A DNA stretch of 64,000 bases. It comes from Klebsormidium nitens (lineage: Eukaryota; Plantae; Klebsormidiophyceae). Below are positions 46,601 through 57,000 of this stretch, one piece after another (within the stretch, counting starts at the first letter, position 1; the number at the start of each line of letters is the position of its first letter). The notes beneath the pieces are model-generated. The model had not been told where the DNA came from. It searched no databases and saw only the letters and a list, made by a program, of their open reading frames with translations. The stretch is from the NCBI GenBank assembly GCA_000708835.1, contig DF237025.1, positions 155,667 through 219,666 on the forward strand. The letters are read 5' to 3'. The position numbers and the translations under genes are program-made.

Positions 46601-48998
46601 GAACAAGCCTTACAGGTTTGAGCATACAAAACTAGGGAAGTTGGTAGAGATGAATTGCGAGAACACAAGCTCGCAAAGCCCTTTCAAAAGAATGACGGCA
46701 AGTAGCTGAAGTGCAGACTTTCGTCGCAACAAAGAAAAGTCATTGCGGAGCTTATGAGGATTCAGATTGACGGTGACAGGACTGAATTTGTCGATCTTCG
46801 AGCAACTCTGCTGTCCGTTCTCCAACTTTGCAGCACGAAATCCCTACACAAACGTGTTCCGGACAATTTTCTTAAAAGCCTGGGAAGCGTTCCAGGAACT
46901 CACACTCTCTTCATACGGCAGTCGTGAGTCCACCACCTTGACCGCTTTCTTGAGCTCCGATTGGACGTCCGGCGGGAGTGCTTTCGGCTCGCCCGTTTCG
47001 GACGCCCACTCCTCGTACGCTTCCAGCGTGTCCGCGTGGTCCGCGAGCGGCGTTCGCAGCTGGCGCCAAAACAGCTTCTTCACACGCTCCACCTGCTTCG
47101 CCTTGTCCTGAATGTACACGCGTCTTCCGGTCAGTCTGATCATGAATGTTTTCTGAGGATTGTTTGCTGACGGTTCGACAAAGAGGAATTAATAGACTAA
47201 GCGGAATGAATGTAAGGAACGAGCTTCTATCGAGGACGGATCAGCGAGCGTGACATGCACCTGTCCGTGATTCGTGAACAGCATATGCCTTGGAACCGTC
47301 ATTTAAGAAGCTCTCGACGAACACGCCTTGAAATATGCTGATGGACATCGGCTTGTCCTACCTCTTCGCTGGCGTCTTCCAGGGTTGGCAGGACGGCGTC
47401 TTCAAAGTCACGATATGCTGTCCACACCCTGCTGCCCTTGGAGTAATGCAAGCCCGCAGCGGCCAGCGCGTTTTCGCAGAGCGTGCGGAAGCAGGCCATC
47501 CCCTCAGGAACGCAGCTGGCAACGTCGGCGTCGTGCTCCTCCACGAACTCTAGGTACTCAACCCATAGGGGAATGGACTGCACAGAGGAACGAGAGTTGG
47601 TGTTGGAAAAGGAAGCAAAGGAAGCAAACGAAAGCAAAGAGACTGTGATAAGAAGGACGAACGTCGGAGCAGAGAAAGGGTCGAAGTACAATCACGATCA
47701 AACAAGAGTTCTAAACGAACCATGCCGCCTTGGATAGAGCATGTTATCGTGAACGTGAATGGGATAAAAATTGAATAACTAAGATAAGGCAGACATTCCG
47801 ATACCTCAACAGGTGGTTCTACCCATCAACATGTTGTATAGAGAAACACTGCAACTTGTTCTGTTGCTCTGAGGCGCTGTAAACTGATGGTGAAGCATAC
47901 ATAGCTTCGTTGTGTGGGGACTGTGCCAGTGAACCTACTTCCAGCTTACCAGGTAATCCTGTACGGCCCGCTCGTAGAGCTGCTGGATGCGCTCAACGTC
48001 TTCTTCTCTGCAGAAGTGGAAATCTTGATTCTGATCACAGTGCTGAGGCAGGACACGCAATGAGAAGGCAAGTCGATAATCAAGAACAGAACGCAGTGAG
48101 AGAAACCAGACAACAAAGTTGGAGGTACTCAATGCAATGCTCGCTCGAAGCAAAAGAATCTTCTTCTCGAAGCACTACTTTGAAGGAAAGACTTTTCCAT
48201 ACATCGATCTTGTCCACAGAGAGAGGAACTTTCTGGAGCACTTCTTCTTCAAAGCTAAGATTTCCGAGGAGTGCCGCCATCAACTTCATACTACGCCAGA
48301 CAAGCATTCGGTGCCCTCTGCATGTTCTGGTACACCTTGATTCACCTGCCCTCGTTTGCAGCAAACTTGTGAATCACATGGATAAGATATTTAGTCTGAG
48401 CGATTGGCCAGGCCGCCCTCACCCCTGCACCAGCCTCGCCTCATCTTGCGTCCATTCCCGCCACATGTCAGGCGTCAGCGGGTAGAGTGCATTCATGCTC
48501 TCCCTAGCCGATCGGACTTTCTGCAGATCGCCAGACTTGCGCAGGGCTGCGATGTACTGCAAGAAGAACCAGATGCTTGAAGCAGGTTCCTTTTGAAGCT
48601 TTTTTTGTTCAGTTGCATGGCCTTCTATAGTTAAAATATAGAGGATATGCAAACGCCACCATGCATTGCTTTGCAAACCACAAACTTTTCTTTCAAGATG
48701 CTTTTAAAAAGTGAAGGATGTGCCCATGCACTACAATCAAAAAGCACCGTCACAATCTCAGCAGACGGCACCACTATACATAAGGTCTGAACAAGAGCAT
48801 CCCACCCTCGCTCCAACGCATCGTAACAACACTTTGAAAAGTGGGCCGGAAAATGCAAGAACATACCTGGACATGAGTGTTGTAGTCGGCAGGATTCGCG
48901 GCCAATTGATCCTCCAACTTCTTCAAAGCTTCCATGTCCACCTCCTCCACCTCTTCATCGCTGCTGTCAGACAGAGGGTCTGCATCAGCTGCCGCCAT
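43602..48998 (-). CDS. SART3: SART3/Prp24-like U4/U6 recycling factor (HAT repeats + RRM + Lsm-interaction tail)
   Basis: Exons 48998-48867, 48556-48423, 48007-47950, 47577-47362, 47107-46904, 46589-45822, 45443-44952, 44397-44305, 43982-43602. HAT repeats (YPLTPDMWREW, QILYERAIADFP, VRIYARAIRNCPWVSALW); RRM (TAFLKNLPWE...GVGYVEF); C-terminal PKTNEQFRNLFRK* Lsm-binding-like motif. Confidence 0.92.
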
Positions 48999-49202
48999 AG
49001 CTGCAAACTATAATCTGAGAGGCCCTTCTTGATCGATATCTAGCTTGCTACAAGTCCCAGCTTTTAGGATTGAAGGAAGGAAGTCGCCCAAGGGAAAATG
49101 CGTATTTTCAATTACAACTTCAAGCAAGCTGGTATTTGAGCAATTAAATTTTGATTTTCTCCGAGTCCTAGCTCTGGCCCTGGGTTAGTCGAGGTTAGCT
49201 TC

Positions 49203-49526
49203 TAGGGTTTCTTGAGGGTTTTGTACCCAGGCTAATAAAACCCAGCAGACTACATAACTTTGCTACTAGCTAGTCTTCTAAACTACGTCATCCATGACAT
49301 CAGCGATACCAGTGGTGGGGTACGGTACCTGTCGGTATGGTTGATACCGCCAGGTTTCACCGGGTGCGGTTGAAGTGCTCGGGGCAGATTCCGGTTACAA
49401 TGAGGGCAAACCTGTGATCTTGGTGGGGTTAGCTGGGGGGTTAGGGTGGGTAAGGGTGCGCTCTGGCGGAACGCCTTAGGGTTTGTCAAAAACCGGGTTA
49501 CTGCTCAATATTTACCCTTAGGGTTT
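49203..49526. promoter_or_regulatory. Three telo-box motifs (AAACCCTA on minus strand) upstream of SART3
   Basis: TAGGGTTT at 49203-49210, 49477-49484 and 49519-49526, i.e. 200-530 bp upstream of the SART3 ATG. Confidence 0.35.
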
Positions 49527-49671
49527 TAGTGTGCGTTAGGAAGTTAACCCTGTGTGACATCATCAGTGACGCATATCGCAAGACTAGCAAACTTACGTAC
49601 CTACGTCATAAAACCTCAAAACCCTGGGCCGCAGTTCGATCAGCTTTGCCCACAATCCAATTGGCGCTTAA

Positions 49672-50753
49672 CCCTTTGTGGCCGGGAGTTTTACGGTAGT
49701 TTTACCGTCCGCGTAAATCATCGGTAATTCTCAAAAAATTTACGATCGCGCGATCGATCGATCGTACGGTGCCGATCGCAGAACCTGCCGGTCCGGCGTG
49801 CCGGTTTATCGAGGGGAAGGTGAATATTGACTCGATAGTCAGCTCCTTCGAGCTTTCTAGCTCCTACACATGTTGCCAACGCGTTCGCAAGGCCTCAGCG
49901 GGCCCCATACAGGCACGAATGCTAACAAGCTGAAGTCGGCTTAGTCGTAAGGCCTTGTCATGCCAATTCTGTTGCCAGTTGTCCCTCCTATATGGCTGAT
50001 GGAAGCGCAATATATGCGCACAATTGCTAATACAAACAGCTTGTTGCCCTTGGCCGGGTACCTACCTAGGTTACCTAGTAGGTACCTACTTTGTGACCAA
50101 CCGGGGGCCATGTTGCCTCCCCCCAACAGTGGCAGGGGATATCCTCACGTTGCGCTGCCTTCTACATTCACACCATCTGTTGCCACAATCGGTTTGCCCG
50201 TGTTGCCACTTACGCTTCTGTCAGAGTGAATACGTCCTGCAGGTGCGGCGGCCGGGGTGCGCCGCAACAGGAAGCACGGTTTCGATTGCAAGGCCTTTCA
50301 ATTCTTAGCTGTTGCCTAGCTAGTTCCCAGTCTGTTGCCCTCATTTCCGGTCGACAATGTGGGGCCTCCCTTATCTTGTTGCCATTCCCCTGCCAACCCG
50401 GTTGGCAGGGGAATGGCAACAAGATTAGGGAGGCCCAGCATCTCTCGACCGAAACGCTGCTTGGAGTTGCCTGGGCGCCTGCTAAATTGTCGAGGCCCCG
50501 TTTGTGGCCTTGTTGCCTAAGTAATGTTGCCACATGTGCGTGACAGCGTGGCAACTGCAGGCAACACACAGCCTACTGGGGGGGCCGCGCACCTGGGCCC
50601 GGACCCCCCCATAATTTATTTTTATTTTTTGTATGTTGCATTTAGTCATTTGACACCACCCTATGAAGTCTGGGCCTCATCCGTTGCTTTCTGGGCCTAT
50701 TTGCAACATTGTGTAAAGAGTGGCAACAAAAGGCAACATCCGGCCACAAAGGG
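49672..50753. mobile_element. 1,082-bp non-autonomous piggyBac-like element
   Basis: TTAA(49668-49671)|CCCTTTGTGGCCGG ... CCGGCCACAAAGGG|TTAA(50754-50757): perfect 14-bp TIRs starting CCC with a TTAA duplication. At least 15 internal TGTTGCC/GGCAACA motifs; no transposase ORF. Confidence 0.8.
50362..50436. repeat. Near-perfect 75-bp palindrome (37-bp arms, 1 mismatch, 1-nt spacer)
   Basis: gggcctcccttatcttgttgccattcccctgccaacc-c-ggttggcaggggaatggcaacaagattagggaggccc; both strands translate to the same peptide in the ORF track (ASLILLPFPCQPGWQGNGNKIREA). Confidence 0.95.
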
Positions 50754-50988
50754 TTAAGCTCTTCATGCAATGCGGCTCCTTCGGCAATGGCGCATGATGA
50801 ACTTCATACTACAAAGATGGAGAATCTGTAACACGGTTGGCTTGGATTCTTTGCCTGATCCGTCCGTCTGCCAACAGAGCGTTGATTGTCTTGGGGTTTA
50901 TTCATTCTTTCGTTCATTCATTGAATCCTGGTAGCTCTGCCAACTGATGCATTGCTGCATGATCCGCAACCTCATTCTGCCACATAGT

Positions 50989-51032
50989 CCCCTAGCCTAG
51001 GATGTTCTCTCCCCTAGCCTAGGATGTTCTCT
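50989..51032 (+). repeat. Perfect 22-bp tandem duplication just upstream of the TMEM245-like start
   Basis: cccctagcctaggatgttctct x2. Confidence 0.9.
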
Positions 51033-51047
51033 AAGGCAAGTAATCTG

Positions 51048-54000
51048 ATGGGGGAGGATGCAAGAGCCGGCAGTTCGACTGCTCCCAATGGCGCTCCAGG
51101 ACAGCAATCTACTGGACTGTACTCGTGAGTATTCCTGGCACTCATTCAACCAAAGTTGGGTTGAATTGGTTGTGTACCACCACCACACGATCAAAAACCT
51201 CTACAAGCAGATGTGCGCTCTTCAAGCGTGTGTAGGATTTTTGTCAATTGTGCAAGTCTTTTGGCCATGATGAAGTTTGAAAGATGATGCCCCTCTGAGG
51301 CGCAAGCACACATCACCACTGGCACCAACGATCTGATGATTCTATTCGAGTTCAGGAAGTTTGGGATGTGGGAACTACTTCCAAGCTTTTAGACCTGAAA
51401 CTGAGTTACCTGATTTCTTTCAATGTGATCCAGCGGGGGGGTTGATTAGCGCCCTTTCCAACCACTTGATAAGTCCATCACACTCGTCATGCCAGATGCC
51501 CTGAGCTTGAGCTACAAACGATGAAACTTGAAGCTTTCCCTTTTTAAATTATGGTTCCTCCTCGGAGCAACAATCCCCCCTTCTTCCACAGCTCAACCTA
51601 CAAGGTCGAAGCTCCACCTTCTGAGTTTAACTTCTTCCCTTGGGCGAATCACCCCCTCTTCCCCCAGAGCTTGAGCTACAGAAGTTAGACTTGAAGCTCC
51701 CTTTTCTTCTCTAGCAAGTTCTCCTTAAAGCAAACACCCCATCTTTTGTCCAGAGATGATCCTGGCGCCGCCCCCGCTGTTGACCCGTACCTGCGCATGG
51801 CCATGTACAACGTTCGCGTTTGCCAACCTGGCGCTGATCTTGTTTGGAGTGATCTTGTTCGGCCTCTACCTTCTCCTCAACGACTTTCTGCAGCCCCTCC
51901 TATGGGCTGGCCTTTGTGCAGTGCTCCTTAAAGGTGAGGCCTTCGTGAGCGCGACAAGAGATTGGGACAATCCAAGTGTTCAGTGAGGCGTCGGAGTCGT
52001 GGCGGAATGTTTCTTGGATGCTGTTGGACGAGGTTAAAGTTGGCTGTGGTCGTACACTGATTCTTTGGTGCAAAGCTAGTGCTCCGCAAGCACACGGAGC
52101 ATCTCCCCGTTGAATAAGGCGACCTACAGGCGTAGATCGAGGAGAGGAACTTTCACATTTTTCTGATAGTGTCTCGTGCCGATATCAGTGACATGTAGTA
52201 CGAAAGGACTTGGCTGAGTATGAAGAGATAATTAAAATGATGCAATTCGCGAGAACGACCTTTGCGCAGGTTGCTTTCGAAAAGCTGGGTCCGATACAAC
52301 GCCTGCGCCTAGATCACTTCCGCCTTTGACAGATTTACACGTGGATTTGCCCCACATCGCATCCTCAGCGATTGCAATCGTCTGAATCCACCCATTCTGT
52401 TTTTGGAGCCAAGCTCTCGGCTTTCAGTGCTCTAAAAATGCTCCAGTCAGTTGATTCCATGAACTCTTGTATCCGGTGCTTCCTTGCAGGATACAAAGAC
52501 TCCTTGGTTGAGTTCTGGGTCCCCTTTCTAGAACAAGGCCTTTCGTCCGTCCTTTCGGTCCCCTTCCTCCTGCTACGAGATCTGTACATAAATATCGCAC
52601 TTGACACGTGGGCCAATCTGAGCCCGTACCTGAGACCCCTTATGAAGAAGAAGGATGAAAAGGAGAAGGGCTCTGATGAGAAGGTTCCGCTGAAGCGGAG
52701 GCGGAGCGCTCCTGCCAACAAGTTGAAGGAAATGAAGATGCACACAAGATCTGAGGTGGGTACGAGATACCTTCTGCGTTGGGCGAAACGTTAAGTGAAT
52801 AGGTGACAGTGAACGAGCTTATGTGAAGCCGGATTTGAACAGTGTTTCTGAGTTTTGCGAAGCTTGGCTCACTTGCGTTGTGTCCAAAAGCAAAGTGATC
52901 GAAGCAGAGAAAACCTCCGCTGTGCTTGCCTCCTTGGACAGTGCGTGTAAACGATTGTTCGTCTTTCTAGTCGACAGAGCATTCGAGGACCCCGCAACAA
53001 TCCTTCTTGACAAATTGCAGACGTTTTCTAATTGCTACCACACGACGTCGGGAGGGAACCGTGAAGCGGTCTTTCGTTCACGTTGCTTCTGCTGGTTGCA
53101 ACCACACACTTCTCGACTTTGAAGTTCTACGTTTTTTCATGTGCTGAGTTATAGCCCCTTTTCTGCACGTGCAGATACTATTCGAGTGGCTGGCGGCCTT
53201 TGGCGTAGGCAGCTTGCTGTGGAGCGGTCTGCGCCTGCGCTACGGCCTACTCGTTGCCGCCTGCTTATTGGGGTTTTGGACGCTTATGGAGGTTGCAAAA
53301 GAAAACGGCGCCTCTCAAAAAGCTGCACCGGCAGCAGAGCCGAAGGCGGCTGGCTCGGTTGCAGGCAGGGTGGCGGAGCGAGTGAAGGTGGGGAATGATG
53401 AATAGCGGCTTCGCATTGCTGCTTTGTTGTTGTCACCCGCTTTTAATGATACAACGGCTCTCGATCTATCTCGAAATCTTTCTTTATCCATCAAGTGTTA
53501 CCGAAAGACGGTTCTCACGTGGACGCCCCACTTTCCTAGCGAGTCGCTCCTTTCTTTCCACTACTTGAGAAGACGTTCGTCCTTTCCAACCGACGCTCTG
53601 TTACATCTTCCCGTCGTCCCATCTGTGCCGCAGGTCCAGCTCAGACACAGGGCATTCCTATTAGGAGTGAACCGCCCTCTCACAAACACAAAACAGAGCA
53701 CGGTTTCCGTTCTGATATATCTATCTCCGCCCTCGCCGCTCAGGTCGGCAGGTCGCGCTCTGAGACGGGCCTGCAGGGTCTGTCAGTCGCAAATTGACGG
53801 ACAGGAACGGACAACATCTTCATTTTCCCCTCTGATTTTATATTTTCCTCAGGCGGCAGACCGCGTGCTGGGCCAGAGCGTGGTTACCTTTTTCCATTTT
53901 CCGCTCTGACTTTTTCCTCCTTTCCGCTCAGGCGGCGGACCGCGCGCTGGGCCAGAGCGTGCAGTACAACATGAATTAAACGGAAACCAACTTCCGTTCT

Positions 54001-57000
54001 TTCGTTCTTCCGTTTTCCCTCTGATCTCCGTAACCGTTCCGCTCAGGCGGCAGACCGCTCGCTGGGCCAGAGCGCGCTGGCCCGCCTCCACACGCTGGTG
54101 ACGGTCGGCCTGGTGGCGGGTCTCCTGTTGGGCGCGCTCGCGCTCGCGGCCTTCTTCTCATACGCTATCGTGATGGAGACCAAGACGGGCGTCGAGGGGC
54201 TGAACGAGCAGGTGCAGCAGCACGGCAGCAAGTTCGCAGACTCCATGGGCGTGACCAAGGTGGGTCTGGTTATGGAGTTTGAGTTTTAGAGCTTTAACCG
54301 GGTTTCAGGGTCTTACTGTCCGGGTTCCGAGGGGTTTCGTCCTTCCGAGGCAGTGACAAATCAGGTTGGCTGGAAGCGCATCCAGAGGCGGAAAGTGGAC
54401 AGGGAGCGTGTTTGTTGCCTGGCTGCATGCACATCAAGTTTCATGAGTCCTGGCGGTCGTTTCAGATTAATTCGGTTTCCGGACGGCTCACTTGTTTGGA
54501 AGCGTTTGCCCATTCGGAAGCAGATTGGTAGTCAAGCACCGAAAGCGCTGTTCTCAGGAGCAAACCCCAGCCATTGGCGACGGCAGCTTTTGTGTTAGCT
54601 CAGCAAACACCTGCAAGCTAAGACGGAACCGGTCTATCTTCTTGCTGTTTCATTGTCACTGGCCAAGCTTCTTATTCGCATGCTCCCACCTGTCACCTCT
54701 TCAGACCAGCAAACGTACTCACCAACAAGAAGCTCGGACGCAATCCCTGTAGTCCTGTAACATCTAAGAAACTGCTCCGCTATTCCTGGTGGTGGAGGTG
54801 ACTATTCCTCCGTCTCGTCCGCAGTGGCTGCAGGAGAATGACGTCCCGGGGCTCGTGAACCGGACGTACGAAAAGGTACTGGGGACCGCCAAGGAGCAGT
54901 TCGACGATCTGGTTGTGTAAGCTTTTTAACGCCGACGGCGTATTCTCCTCCCTCTTTTCTCAGGGGGCACACCTAAATCTTGCAACGTGCAGCAAACCTT
55001 GGATCCTTCCTCTCAGCTCCGTACCGATCATCGACCGCATCGTGCCCCTCCTTCTGTTCCTAAGAAATTTCTTGCTTTGGCCGGCCGTTATTGCTCCGCT
55101 TGAAGACGAGTCGCTGTATTATCTGCGAATTGTCGGATGGGGGAAAGAGCGCGGATGTCAGAAGCTCGATTAACTGGTTGTTTTATCATCATGGTAGCAC
55201 ATTAAATTGCCTGGGGCGATCTCTTTGTGTCGCTCGACGTCGGCCAAAAACGTAATGGTTTCCTTGCGAGTCGATGACAGCGTGGCGTTGCTTGACCCGC
55301 TGACCTTCTTAGAAGTCTGCACCAAAATCCGGTGGATACCTCAACGCTTCCTCGACCTCTGACGCTGGCGTGGCCGCTGCTCACGACTTAAGAAGATTTC
55401 AACTCATGAAGAGTCAGCGCAATGAAGGAAGAGCAGAACTTGTTGTACATCTGGACCCAAATGCCACCTGCTCCACTGGCACATCCGCACATACCCTACC
55501 CCCCTCACAAACCTCAACCGTTCCAGGGCCTCGGCATTACCCTACGTTGCGCTTACACTTCGTATAGAATCGATCGCCAATATCGGCTAACCGAAACCTG
55601 ATCTGCAGGCGGTACAACTTGACGGAGGTGGTGGACACTGTTCGCGACAGTTTGGATCTCTACTTTGCAAAGGGGGAGCAGGGCGAGGGCGCGGGGAACG
55701 GGACGCTCGTGGCGACCAGGCCCGCTTCGGAGTTAGCTGAACGAGTCCAGGTAATGCAAGACTTGTCGCCTTTTCTCTTCGCGCCACTTTGCAACAGCCG
55801 TGCTGGGGTTTGATTGGTGCTAATATGCTTTGAGATTCACATGCATTCGTGAAGTTGCGGATCTGCCAGAATCCCCGGATTGGTGGGATCCAACTTCTCA
55901 GAACTTTTGCAGAAGTGCTGGAAAACCGAGCAGTGCTTTACCTTTACTTTGGACCTTTGCCAAATACAACCAGACCTGATCGCCCTTCTTCGCGACGGCC
56001 TAGAATGAAACAGGCAATCTGTCGTGATACCCACCGCCCAATTTCTTTAGGAGTTGAATTTTTTTGCCACTGCTCAGGAATCAATGCTGCCTCCCCCTGA
56101 TTCTCGAGCCCTTTGTCCCCTTATGTGTCCCCTTATCTGGCCCCATATCTCTGAACTTCATCACACGTTTGAATCTAGGAATGGCACCGCGACTGAGCAG
56201 CCTTCCCCTTTGCAGGTCATTAAAGCAAATCTCATCGCGTATCAGGTAAGGCCCCTCAGTAGCCTATGCTGATTTGGAGGCTATCCTAAAGGGCCGCGTA
56301 TTTCCTGTATGTGACGGTCAGGAGAGCGACGGCCGTAAGACGTGTGTCATTTGCAGTCCTCCGCAGGCTGCGCTTTGATTCACCTCACATCAAAGCAGAC
56401 AAATGGCTCTACTAAGACCAGTCTTTGTGACAGGTTTGCGATTGACCAGTCGGGAAATGAAGAGCTCATTGTACTTACATGGAGTCAGTCAGTAGTTTGT
56501 CTTGGACTTGCCCCTCGCTCTCCTTTCGTGACCTGTCTGAGCAGCGTTTTGCGTCCTTCTGGAATATCCGAATCACGAAAAACGTCTGTGGGGAGCCGTC
56601 TATCGCAAACGCCCTCGCTAGCGAGAAGCTGACAACACGTGGCAGATTGCCTACTGGTTGATGCAGTTTCACGACGCGGTACGAGAGATCCAAGCCGTCG
56701 TGGCTCTGGGGCCAGTGACCAAGCTGCCGGTGTCGGCAGGTGAGGAGAGCAGCAGATCTGGATCAATCGTTGTTTGAGAATCTCTTGTTGTCTGGCTCAA
56801 GTCTTCTTATAAGCATATTTGGAGCGCTTTCGCCTTCGAAACCTGAATGAGTCCAAAAAAGAAAACTGAATGAATGCCAATACTTTACGACGATGAACAC
56901 GTGTGACTCTTTACCGGTTTCGATAAGAACTTACGGTACCGGGCTCTCTTGAGTCCCGCTTCCAAATAGGTACTTGCTTGGACCAAAACGGTCCCCCTTC

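Noticed and set aside
16883-54075. Spaced direct repeats considered as a CRISPR-like array
   Set aside because: Units are whole tandem duplications of exon/intron sequence with no unique spacers, in a eukaryotic context, and no cas genes are present.
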